This document shows, in pieces, positions 26,873-36,001 of a stretch of 64,000 nt of DNA. Within the stretch, counting starts at the first letter, position 1. Each line of letters starts with the position of its first letter. The notes under the pieces were generated by a model. It saw only the letters and a list, made by a program, of their open reading frames with translations, was not told the origin of the DNA and did no database searches. The stretch lies in contig CALRBF010000001.1 in NCBI GenBank assembly GCA_943354045.1, positions 68,046 through 132,045 on the forward strand. The letters are read 5' to 3'. The position numbers and the translations under genes are program-made. This stretch comes from Parcubacteria group bacterium. GTDB lineage: Bacteria > Patescibacteriota > Minisyncoccia > SW-4-49-11.

Positions 26873-27526
26873 TTAATCTTTATGTCTTGGTGGATGCCAT
26901 TTATGTAATGGTTTATAATCTCCTCCAAATATTCCAATATCCATAGTCGCAGTTAATACTGCTCGCATACATTGATATTCTGCATTAAAATCATGAGTAC
27001 CTGCTACCCATTGAGCAGTATTATCATTAGTAATATCTTCTGCATCTAATAAATCCATAATTTCTTCTGGTTGATACCATTGTATTTGTTCTATCTCTTC
27101 TTTTTGTAAAGTAAGTGCTGAGATATCTCCATCAAATACGGTAAGAAAATCTCTTACCCAAACATGAGCTGATTTAATTTTACTGGTTCTCCAAGGAATT
27201 AATTGAAATGGATTTACGCTTAGTCCAATTTCTTCTCCTAGTTCTTTGAGGGCACTAATTTTAAATGATTCCCCCTCAGTTACATGTCCTCCAAAATGAG
27301 TAGACCACGCTCCTGGAGCAAATTCTTTATCAAATGATCTCTGATGACAAAGTATTTGTCCTAAACTGTTGAGTACAAATATATTGGTAGTACGACACCA
27401 TAACCCTTTTTCATAGAGTTCTTTGCGTGAAACATGCTCCCCTGTGGGTTCACCTGTTTCAGGATTAATAACTTGTAGCATTTCTTGTTGTGACATATTA
27501 AGAATAATTATATCATATATTGACAA
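26873..27526 (-). CDS. NUDIX hydrolase family protein (IDI/Nudix-like)
   Basis: The Nudix box is GGHVTEGESFKISALKELGEEIGL. It is convergent with the other Nudix gene. Confidence 0.6.
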   Translation of the reverse strand: MSIYDIIILNMSQQEMLQVINPETGEPTGEHVSRKELYEKGLWCRTTNIFVLNSLGQILCHQRSFDKEFAPGAWSTHFGGHVTEGESFKISALKELGEEIGLSVNPFQLIPWRTSKIKSAHVWVRDFLTVFDGDISALTLQKEEIEQIQWYQPEEIMDLLDAEDITNDNTAQWVAGTHDFNAEYQCMRAVLTATMDIGIFGGDYKPLHKWHPPRHKD

Positions 27527-28013
27527 TTATTGCAAAGATTTATATTCTTTTCCACCCCAACAAGCAAGCTTGTCACCCCTCTCTCCCTACGGGAGATAAA
27601 TTGAGGGGTGTGCCCATAGGGCGGGGTAGAGCACATAATTTGACCCTATAATAAGTATATGTTAGTGTATAAGTGACCACTTGCTGTGTTAATTTGTATC
27701 ACTCAGTTCAAGTCCGACCTCTTGTGCTCATGACTATTCCACCCTGATTAGGAGTTGACTAGCTATGAAACATTTTCCTTGTCCAGCAGAAGAGAATGCT
27801 ATCATTAACTTGATGGCTAGTAGCTCTTCTATCTCAGAATGGAAACGCAATGCTGAGACTATTCGGCATTGGTATAATGGAGCTTTTCCCCCATTCTGGA
27901 CCACCCTACTGTACGAAAAACCCAACAGTGAAAGTCAATCCGTATTTGAAAGAGCCCAATCCAAATGGCGATTGCGTCTATCCGGAAGAAAAGCTGGGCA
28001 TATTTGATTTGAG

Positions 28014-28049
28014 TGTCCCTCATATCATTTCATGAGGGACTTTTTTATT
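28014..28049 (+). terminator. Intrinsic terminator ending the GC-elevated intergenic block
   Basis: CCTCAT-atcatttc-ATGAGG followed by GACTTTTTTATT. Confidence 0.5.
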
Positions 28050-28599
28050 CTAGATACTTCCAATTAATATGCTTTTGCTCTCGAATTTGACAAGTTTTTT
28101 GTACAAATCCTTCTCTTCCCGAACCTACACGATATCGTTGATAATGTTGTGGATTTTTTTCTGAATATTGTTGATGATAATCTTCAGCTGGGTAAAATTC
28201 TGTTCTTGGTAATATATCTACTTGTATTGCTTCTGTATATAGACCGGAATCATCTAATTCTTGCAATGTATCTTGCGCAATATTTTGCTCTAATTGATCT
28301 GAATAATATATTGCTGTTTTATAATTCTCTCCCCTATCTCCAAATTGTCCGCCATCATCAGTGGGGTCAATATGGTCCAGGAAAAATTGCGTTAATAGTC
28401 TAAAATTTGTCTTATTCTCATCATATATTACCTGTACAACTTCGCGATGTTCAGTATTATGACTACTGACATCTTCATAATTAGCAGTCTCAGCCCTACC
28501 TCCCATATAGCCTGATATGACATCCTCTACTCCTGAAGCTTGCCGCAAATCATGCTCTACGCACCAAAAACATCCTCCTGCAAAAACTATTTCTTTCAT
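28045..28599 (-). CDS. msrA: Peptide methionine sulfoxide reductase A
   Basis: The N-terminal active-site motif MKEIVFAGGCFWCVEH is present, and the length and remaining pattern fit MsrA. Confidence 0.9.
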   Translation of the reverse strand: MKEIVFAGGCFWCVEHDLRQASGVEDVISGYMGGRAETANYEDVSSHNTEHREVVQVIYDENKTNFRLLTQFFLDHIDPTDDGGQFGDRGENYKTAIYYSDQLEQNIAQDTLQELDDSGLYTEAIQVDILPRTEFYPAEDYHQQYSEKNPQHYQRYRVGSGREGFVQKTCQIREQKHINWKYLE

Positions 28600-28610
28600 A
28601 TTATTGTTAT

Positions 28611-29627
28611 TTATACCACCAAATTCCCATTTACTTTATTTGGTCTATTGTCAATAGTATGAATAATATCTAAACAAGCGACTACGCCTATCATAATTGC
28701 ATTATCTGTGGATAAGATTTTATTAGGGACTAATAATTCTATTCCATTTTGCTGAGCATAATGTTCAAAAGCCTGCCGTAATTTTGTATTAGCGGTTACC
28801 CCACCTCCAATTACTACTTGATTGACATTATATTCATTGACAGCCCAATTCAATTTTGCTATTAGTACATCGATAACAGCTTGCTCAAAGCTGGCACAAA
28901 TATTGGCAATATCAGTATCATTTTGCGGTGGATTATCGCGAATATAATATAATACTGCAGTTTTTAGCCCAGAAAATGACATATTTCCATTACCAGAACT
29001 CATCATTGGTCTTGGGAAAGCTATTGCATCTGCATCTCCACTTTGAGCTAACTTAGAGATTTTGGGCCCTCCTGGATATCCTAAATTAAGCATTTTTGCC
29101 ACCTTATCAAAAGCCTCTCCCGCGGCATCATCTTGAGTAATACCTACAATTTCATACTCATTATACGCTTTGACTAAAACCAGCTCAGTATGCCCACCTG
29201 ATATGGTATAGGCGATAAATGGATAGCTTAGGGGTATAGAACCCTCTAATGCCTCATTTAATAATCCAGAGAACATATGTCCATGCATATGATTAACAGG
29301 TATCAAGGGCACTCCTAATACTTCTGCCAATAAACTTGCCATATTTACTCCTACGAATAATGATGGCTCAAGCCCTGGACCTACGGTAACTGCAATAGCA
29401 TCAATATTTCTCCCATTTTGATGAATAAATTCTTGTAACATTCCCGGTAATTTTTTATTATGTAGCCGAGAAGCAAGTGCTGGCACTACTCCCCCATATT
29501 GACTATGCTCTTCTATTTGAGAATATACAATATGATCAAGTACTTTAAAACTCTGAGTCTCTTTATCAAGACTCAATAAAGCAAGTGCTGTTTCATCACA
29601 GGATGTTTCAATAGCAAGTATTTTCAT
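28611..29627 (-). CDS. tsaD: tRNA N6-adenosine threonylcarbamoyltransferase (Kae1/Gcp family)
   Basis: Motifs MKILAIETSCDETALAL, the metal-binding HMHGHMFSG and GGVTANTKLR are present. Confidence 0.9.
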   Translation of the reverse strand: MKILAIETSCDETALALLSLDKETQSFKVLDHIVYSQIEEHSQYGGVVPALASRLHNKKLPGMLQEFIHQNGRNIDAIAVTVGPGLEPSLFVGVNMASLLAEVLGVPLIPVNHMHGHMFSGLLNEALEGSIPLSYPFIAYTISGGHTELVLVKAYNEYEIVGITQDDAAGEAFDKVAKMLNLGYPGGPKISKLAQSGDADAIAFPRPMMSSGNGNMSFSGLKTAVLYYIRDNPPQNDTDIANICASFEQAVIDVLIAKLNWAVNEYNVNQVVIGGGVTANTKLRQAFEHYAQQNGIELLVPNKILSTDNAIMIGVVACLDIIHTIDNRPNKVNGNLVV

Positions 29628-29668
29628 ATATGTATAGTTTGCCAGATTTAATCCCTTGAGTCAAATAC

Positions 29669-30670
29669 TTATACTTTGGCTAATAATTGAGCCCAAAATT
29701 GAGCGATTGCTTGATAACTATATTTCCTTTGAAATTGTGCTGAAGCATAATCTCGAATCTCTCGTTTTTTTGATTCATTTCTTTGTAAAACATCAATACA
29801 AGCGGTAAGCTGACTCGTAGATGATTGATTATAATATAATGCTCCCCTCCCTAATAATGTCTGATATATTTCTTCTCTTGGAGCAATTACAATGGTTCCA
29901 GAAGCTAATGCATTCAATATATGATAACTAATAATCTCATCAATAGGCCCACTCACTATCAGACAATCTAATAATTCATATATGATTGGTAATTCATTTT
30001 GAATTCCTTGTGGTAATACAAAACTGCCTTTTTGATACTGTACATCATACCATTCACAATTATTATACTCGAGATAAGAAATTAACTCACTACTCATAGA
30101 GCCCACATGGCCACATACAAATGCTTTCTGAATAACTTGATTTTCATATTGTACCAATCCAGTATTCTGTTTAATATCTAATACCAATTGGGTATCAAGA
30201 TCAAGAAAATGTTGATAATTAATACGGGGAAATGGGCTATAGGCTATTCTTTTTTGAAAATTTACCCGAGCAGTATATTCAGAATAGATATTCATTACAT
30301 ATCCTGCTATTTCTTTTTCAAGTAAAGAATTATAAACTCGAACTCGCTGAATAGTAGGATTTTGTCTCAAATTCCAGGTAATGAATTGTGGTATATTCCC
30401 TATCTCTATACAAATATCTATAGTATAATTTTGTATCAATTCTCTCATTGATTGATAATCATTGAGCTTAAATATTGAGCGAGATAATAGATGAACAGTA
30501 TCAATATCTACAATTGAGCGAGCTATATCAGCTAAATCTGAATCCCACATCACAAATTGAATTGTTGATCTCAGATTTTGCTTGATTTGATGAAACAGTT
30601 GAAACCAATGAATTGCTTGCTCTCTTTCACAATCTATCAGTACGGCTATGTGGTGAACTTTTCGAATCAT
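29669..30670 (-). CDS. Putative glycosyltransferase (GT-B fold; GT4-like C-terminal region)
   Basis: The C-terminal region ISYHILNALASGTIVIAPREEIYQTLLGRGALYY resembles the EX7E-type region of retaining GT-B glycosyltransferases. The N-terminus is divergent. Confidence 0.35.
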   Translation of the reverse strand: MIRKVHHIAVLIDCEREQAIHWFQLFHQIKQNLRSTIQFVMWDSDLADIARSIVDIDTVHLLSRSIFKLNDYQSMRELIQNYTIDICIEIGNIPQFITWNLRQNPTIQRVRVYNSLLEKEIAGYVMNIYSEYTARVNFQKRIAYSPFPRINYQHFLDLDTQLVLDIKQNTGLVQYENQVIQKAFVCGHVGSMSSELISYLEYNNCEWYDVQYQKGSFVLPQGIQNELPIIYELLDCLIVSGPIDEIISYHILNALASGTIVIAPREEIYQTLLGRGALYYNQSSTSQLTACIDVLQRNESKKREIRDYASAQFQRKYSYQAIAQFWAQLLAKV

Positions 30671-30675
30671 ATACT

Positions 30676-31671
30676 TTATGGAAGATATTGTTGTTTAGCC
30701 TTGATATGCTCCTCAAAGGTTTTAGAAAATACTGTCTTGGGGGGATTATCTCGAGTTGTGAGGAAAAAATAATAATCACTTGAAGTAGGATTAATAACTG
30801 CTTTTATAGCCTCAACACTTGGATTAGTAATAGGTCCTGGAGGAAGTCCAGTAATTTGATACGTATTATAGGGAGAATCAATTTTTAAGTCATCTAAGGT
30901 AGATTGTGATCTCCCTGATTGCGTAATAAAATTAATTGTCGCATCACTTTGTAATTTCATTCCATCTTTCAATCTATTCAAGAATATCCCCGCTACAATT
31001 TGCCTATCCTTTGGAATAGAAACCTCTTTTTCTACAATGGAAGCTAATATTAAGACTTGATAACTTGATAAAGTATCTGTAGCCTTAAGATTAGGTAATG
31101 CTTTTTTTTGAAAATTATTTACCATTTTGATAATCACATCTTCAGCACTCGCATCATCAAAAAATCGATAGGTATCAGGATACAAATATCCTTGTAATGA
31201 TTTATTTTCTATAAAGTCATATTGAGTTGTATCAAATTTCTCAGTTGCTTTTACAAAATTTGCTCTATTAAAACTAAGACCTGATTCTAAAATATCTCCT
31301 ATTTCATAAATATCTGAACCCTCTGGAATAGTTATAGTGACTTCGGGCCTTGTCAATAAACCTCGAGCTATCATTTTGATAACCTGATCGGTATTCATTG
31401 TTTTGGGAATGGTATAAGTTGCTGGCTTGGGACTTAATCTCCTAAATGCAATATAAAAATTCAAACCATCTGTTTTAGAAATAATATTGTTTTTTTGTAA
31501 ATTAACAATAATAGTATCCCAAGATTCATTTTCCTTTACCTGAAAGGTCACTGACTCCTGTATGGTAACAGGAGCACCCAAAGTATTGACTACATTTACA
31601 ATATAAACAGCTCCTGCAATACCTATAATAAATATTATTAATAATACCCAATATATGATTTTCTTAATCAT
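30676..31671 (-). CDS. mltG: Endolytic murein transglycosylase MltG (YceG-like)
   Basis: An N-terminal transmembrane helix is followed by YceG motifs GYLYPDTYRF, LILASIVEKE and GLPPGPI. Confidence 0.85.
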   Translation of the reverse strand: MIKKIIYWVLLIIFIIGIAGAVYIVNVVNTLGAPVTIQESVTFQVKENESWDTIIVNLQKNNIISKTDGLNFYIAFRRLSPKPATYTIPKTMNTDQVIKMIARGLLTRPEVTITIPEGSDIYEIGDILESGLSFNRANFVKATEKFDTTQYDFIENKSLQGYLYPDTYRFFDDASAEDVIIKMVNNFQKKALPNLKATDTLSSYQVLILASIVEKEVSIPKDRQIVAGIFLNRLKDGMKLQSDATINFITQSGRSQSTLDDLKIDSPYNTYQITGLPPGPITNPSVEAIKAVINPTSSDYYFFLTTRDNPPKTVFSKTFEEHIKAKQQYLP

Positions 31672-31675
31672 ATGT

Positions 31676-32746
31676 TTATACTTTATCTTCTAGATCAGCT
31701 GACTTCAATAAAGCATTGATTTGCTTTACATCTTGAACCTTATCAATATGAGATACTAATAAAGCATCTTCAGTCTCTACTATAACTATATCACGAATTC
31801 CAATTGTGGCAATAATTTTATCCTTATTATGAGAATGTACCAATATATGTTCTGAATCAATATCAAAATGTTTAGAGCTTCCTTTATGAGTTACTGTAAT
31901 ATCATCTACTTGCAACATATCTTTAAGCGCCGACCAAGAACCAATATCACTCCAGCCAATATCAGCAGGGATTACTGCAATATGATTAGCTTTTTCCATA
32001 ATTCCATAGTCAAAACTAATAGCATCTGTTTGATGATATAACTCTTCTATATTTGCTTCTTTATGTAATTCTATATCGACTAAAATTTTTGCAGTATCTG
32101 GTAAATATTCTTGATACATTGATGCTAATGTCTGTTTTTGTACCACAAACATACCCGAATTCCAAACATAATGCCCATCAGCAAGATATTCTGTTGCTGT
32201 TTTGAAATCTGGTTTTTCTACAAAGGCATCAACCGCATATACTGATATATCCTGATTCTCCACCAGAGAATCTTGACTATATTTGATATATCCATATCCT
32301 GTCTCTGGAGCAGTTGGGGTTATACCTAGAGTAATAATATATTCTGGAGATTGTTGCAAAAATTCATCTGCAATTTGTAATATATGACATAATTCTTGAG
32401 GCTTATGAATATAATGATCCGCCGCCAAAAAGGCAATAGCTTCATCAGACCTTGCCTCAACCGATATGCTCGCAAGCCCAATTGCAGGTGCTGTATCTCT
32501 TTTTTCTGGTTCTAAAATAATATGATTAGCTGCAAGATCTGGTAATTCTTGTAATACTTCCTCTCTATATTGCTGATTTGTTGCAATATAAATATCCTCT
32601 AAACTAAAATGACTTAATAATCGCTTTACTGTCATTTGCAACATTGTCTCCTCACCGAATAATGGTTGAAATTGTTTGGGCTTAGATATACGGCTCAGAG
32701 GCCATAATCGTGTTCCGGTCCCCCCTGCCATAATAATAATTTTCAT
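31676..32746 (-). CDS. manC: Mannose-1-phosphate guanylyltransferase (GDP-mannose pyrophosphorylase)
   Basis: The nucleotidyltransferase N-terminus is MKIIIMAGGTGTRLWPLSRISKPKQF. The remainder is consistent with ManC/CpsB-type enzymes. Confidence 0.75.
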   Translation of the reverse strand: MKIIIMAGGTGTRLWPLSRISKPKQFQPLFGEETMLQMTVKRLLSHFSLEDIYIATNQQYREEVLQELPDLAANHIILEPEKRDTAPAIGLASISVEARSDEAIAFLAADHYIHKPQELCHILQIADEFLQQSPEYIITLGITPTAPETGYGYIKYSQDSLVENQDISVYAVDAFVEKPDFKTATEYLADGHYVWNSGMFVVQKQTLASMYQEYLPDTAKILVDIELHKEANIEELYHQTDAISFDYGIMEKANHIAVIPADIGWSDIGSWSALKDMLQVDDITVTHKGSSKHFDIDSEHILVHSHNKDKIIATIGIRDIVIVETEDALLVSHIDKVQDVKQINALLKSADLEDKV

Positions 32747-32757
32747 ATCTATACCGT

Positions 32758-33456
32758 TTATTTGCCTCTTCTTTGTCCTCTTGTTTTATACTCTGCAATA
32801 GCTGCATCAAATTCAGTCATTCCAAAATCTGGATAATTCATATCGGTAAAATAATACTGAGAATTAGCGGTATCCCACATCATAAACCCTACACTATTAT
32901 GAGGCTCGCCTCCTGTACGAATTAATAAATCTACTGGGGGTAAATCTTTCGTATATAATGATTGCTTAATAAGTTCTGGGGTGACTATTAAGTCTGGGTT
33001 TTGTAATTTTTGTTCACTAATAGATTGAATTGCTTTTAACATTTCCTCATCTCCATTATATCCTAGGAGAAAATTAAGAGTGTAATTAGAGTATCCTTGC
33101 GTTGTATCAATGACTTTTTGAATAATTTTTTGTAGTGATTCTGGGAATAATTCTTGCCAGCGGCCTAAAATGTTTACTCTTATCCCTTGCTTGTGAATTT
33201 CTTTATAAGTCAGTAAATTTTGAAGATGTTTTTGAAATCCTCCATATAAATGCTTAACTTCATCTTCTGGTCTTTTTACCAAATTATCTAATGAAGCACC
33301 CCAAAGTGTTAGGTTTCGAACTCTTCCAATAAAAGCTTTTTCTATAATTTCACGAGTTCTCTCAAACCCCTCCAAATGTCCTTTTTCTGGGGCCTTTCCA
33401 TTAGCACGAGCCCAACGACGATTCCCATCAGGAATAATTGCAATATGATCTATCAT
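32758..33456 (-). CDS. uppS: Undecaprenyl diphosphate synthase (isoprenyl transferase)
   Basis: Motifs HIAIIPDGNRRWA, LTLWGASLDN and LLIRTGGE are present. Confidence 0.9.
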   Translation of the reverse strand: MIDHIAIIPDGNRRWARANGKAPEKGHLEGFERTREIIEKAFIGRVRNLTLWGASLDNLVKRPEDEVKHLYGGFQKHLQNLLTYKEIHKQGIRVNILGRWQELFPESLQKIIQKVIDTTQGYSNYTLNFLLGYNGDEEMLKAIQSISEQKLQNPDLIVTPELIKQSLYTKDLPPVDLLIRTGGEPHNSVGFMMWDTANSQYYFTDMNYPDFGMTEFDAAIAEYKTRGQRRGK

Positions 33457-33489
33457 AGTATCAGACTTTTATTCATATATTAAAATATA

Positions 33490-34842
33490 TTATACCATAT
33501 TTTGCGTAATTTTCCAGACATCTCCAGCCCCCATAGTTACAATAATAGTTTCTGGACCTTGTATTTGCTTTAAATCAGATATAAGGACTGATTCAGTCTC
33601 ATATATTGTGATATTTTTATTATGAATAAATGGTAATATATCAGTACTAGTAATTATACCCTTTTGTTCTCGGGCTGAAGCATATATTGGGAGAAGATAA
33701 ATATAATCAGCTTCAGATAAAGCTTTACCAAATTCTTGCAATAAAGCTTGTGTACGACTAAAAGTATGTGGCTGAAATACACAATGAATACTATGATGAG
33801 GATATTTTTCTCTCAAAGCCTGTAATCCCGCCATAATTTCAGTTGGATGATGAGCATAATCATCAATAATAATAACGCCATCCTGTGTTATACCTTTATA
33901 TTCAAGTCGTCTTTGCGTTCCATGAAATCCAACTAATGCTTTGATACTCTCATTAATATCAAATCCTCTTGAGTATAATAAGGCAATACAAGACAAAGCA
34001 TTCAGGCGATTATGCTCTCCTGCAATAGCTAGTGTTAATTGATTATATTTTATTTTCTCAATAATAACATTATTATTTTCATCTAAAGTAATATCATTAT
34101 CTCTATTAAACCCAAATTTGATCATTTTTCTATTTTTATCTTTAATATTAGGGAGAATATATTGTGCTATATTTTTATCGTCTCCATTGATAATTAAAGG
34201 CTTATCTGAGGGCAAATTATCAATTACATTAACAAAGGCTTGATAATAGATATCTGGGGTTTTAAAAAAATCGGGATGATCATAATCGACATTAAGTATA
34301 ATTAATCCTCCAATATCAAGATCCAAAAAATGATTCTGATATTCATCCGCCTCTACCACTAAATATTTTGAATTTTCATCTCCTATACGAGCATTACCCC
34401 CAAATTGAGGGACTACACTCCCAATAACTCCGAAAGGATTTTGATTTAATTCTTGTAAAGCAAAGGTTAATAAAGCTGAGGTTGTTGTTTTTCCATGAGA
34501 GCCTGCTACTGCAATAGTATAATCAAATTGTTTACTAATATTTCCTAAAGCCTGACTATAGGTATAAAGAGGAATATTGCGAGATAATACTTCAATTACT
34601 TCAGGATTAGTTGGTTCTTTCTCTTCAAGATAATAAGCTCCTGAGACAACCGCATATTCAATTTCAGATGGTATATTGTCAATATGAAAGGGAGATTTAA
34701 CTGGGATACGGGCTCTATCTAATACCACATCTGTCATAAAAACCTCAGCCACATCACTACCCATTACCTGTATTCCTTTTGCTTGCAAAACCTGAGCCAA
34801 AGCTGTCATACCAACTCCTTTAATCCCGACCAAATATACCAT
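33490..34842 (-). CDS. murC: UDP-N-acetylmuramate--L-alanine ligase
   Basis: The N-terminus is a Mur ligase Rossmann domain (VYLVGIKGVGMTALAQVLQAKGIQVMGSD). The P-loop GSHGKTTTSALL and the DDYAHHP motif are present. Confidence 0.9.
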   Translation of the reverse strand: MVYLVGIKGVGMTALAQVLQAKGIQVMGSDVAEVFMTDVVLDRARIPVKSPFHIDNIPSEIEYAVVSGAYYLEEKEPTNPEVIEVLSRNIPLYTYSQALGNISKQFDYTIAVAGSHGKTTTSALLTFALQELNQNPFGVIGSVVPQFGGNARIGDENSKYLVVEADEYQNHFLDLDIGGLIILNVDYDHPDFFKTPDIYYQAFVNVIDNLPSDKPLIINGDDKNIAQYILPNIKDKNRKMIKFGFNRDNDITLDENNNVIIEKIKYNQLTLAIAGEHNRLNALSCIALLYSRGFDINESIKALVGFHGTQRRLEYKGITQDGVIIIDDYAHHPTEIMAGLQALREKYPHHSIHCVFQPHTFSRTQALLQEFGKALSEADYIYLLPIYASAREQKGIITSTDILPFIHNKNITIYETESVLISDLKQIQGPETIIVTMGAGDVWKITQNMV

Positions 34843-34846
34843 ATAC

Positions 34847-35953
34847 TTATTGATTTAATGAGAATAATTGTTCAGCAATATGGGTAGCAGCATCTGGAGT
34901 TGCAAATTGGACAGTCTGAGCAGACATAGATTCTAAAATATTAGGTTGCCTTAATAATTCATCTATTTTCCCGAGTACAATATGAGGAGTAAAATTAGGT
35001 TCTTCCAATACAATACTTGCCCCTATTTTTGCCATTTCATAGGCATTAGAACGTTGCTGTCCTGCATCAACCGTAATAGGTACCAAAATACTCGGCTTAT
35101 GAGTAAGACAAATATCAGTAATGCTTGATGCTCCCGCTCTTGATATTACTAAATCAGCAGCCGCATAAGCATGTTTCATATCATTGTCAAGAAATCCCGC
35201 ATAATGATATAATCTTTCCTGACTTGGAGGAAGTGATTTCTTAACTTTAGATGCGGCAAGTATATTATTATTCCCTACAATATGAATAATTTCTACACTA
35301 TTAGTTAAATTGGGTAAAATACTCCAAATCACTTCATTAATAATTCTAGCACCCTGACTACCACCCACCACTAATAATACAGGCTTTTCAAAAGTTAATT
35401 CAAAAACCCTCCCCGCATCTTCACGACTACCCTCAGCAATATCTGGATGAGTCATATTCCCCACAATACTGGTTTTCTTTTCTCCAAAAACAGAAGCCAC
35501 ATTAGGAAATCCAACCGCTACTACACTCGCAAAACGCCCCAAAAATTTATTGGCTAGTCCCGGCACAGAATCTGATTCATGAATTAATGTGGGTACTTGA
35601 TATATCCATGATATTAATACTCCTGGAACACTGGCATAGCCACCTTTTCCAAATGTAATATCTGGCATAAATTTCCAAATATACCATTGTGCTTTGAATA
35701 GACCTGCAATTGCTCGGAATATATCAAAGAAATTATCAAAAGAAAAATAGCGCCTAATTTTACCTGCATATACTGATTTATACGGGATATTATGCGCTTC
35801 CAATAATGATTTACCCACCTCATCAAGATGCCCAACTAATAAAAATTCTATAGGGATTTGTTTTTCTTGAGCTAATCGTTCTAATTCCTGTTTAACTGCA
35901 ATAATAGGTAAAATATGACCTCCAGTTCCCCCACTCGCGAATAATACTCTCAT
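34847..35953 (-). CDS. murG: Undecaprenyldiphospho-muramoylpentapeptide beta-N-acetylglucosaminyltransferase
   Basis: The N-terminus is RVLFASGGTGGHILP and the C-terminal GT28 domain is present. It lies next to murC. Confidence 0.9.
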   Translation of the reverse strand: MRVLFASGGTGGHILPIIAVKQELERLAQEKQIPIEFLLVGHLDEVGKSLLEAHNIPYKSVYAGKIRRYFSFDNFFDIFRAIAGLFKAQWYIWKFMPDITFGKGGYASVPGVLISWIYQVPTLIHESDSVPGLANKFLGRFASVVAVGFPNVASVFGEKKTSIVGNMTHPDIAEGSREDAGRVFELTFEKPVLLVVGGSQGARIINEVIWSILPNLTNSVEIIHIVGNNNILAASKVKKSLPPSQERLYHYAGFLDNDMKHAYAAADLVISRAGASSITDICLTHKPSILVPITVDAGQQRSNAYEMAKIGASIVLEEPNFTPHIVLGKIDELLRQPNILESMSAQTVQFATPDAATHIAEQLFSLNQ

Positions 35954-36001
35954 ATATGTTTTGTCTATATAGTATTATTGTATACAAGATTATAGCTTTG
36001 G

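Noticed and set aside
27765-28007. An 80-aa plus-strand ORF inside the GC-elevated intergenic block
   Set aside because: It is not called as a gene. It has no recognisable motif and sits in a region I suspect is a structured RNA or foreign fragment. It is kept as an open alternative in the findings because its higher GC and the downstream terminator do not exclude a small acquired gene.
27540-28045. Identification of the GC-elevated block as RNase P RNA or tmRNA
   Set aside because: It has a P3-like hairpin followed by CCAUAGGGC, and a poly-pyrimidine run (CCCUCUCUCCCUA) reminiscent of tmRNA PK2. However, the universal RNase P P4 strands (AGGAAAGUCCGG and ACAGAAnCCGGCUUA) are absent. I also could not find the 5' GGGG...UUCGAC, a tag ORF ending in AA-stop, or a correctly spaced T-arm plus acceptor 3' end for tmRNA.
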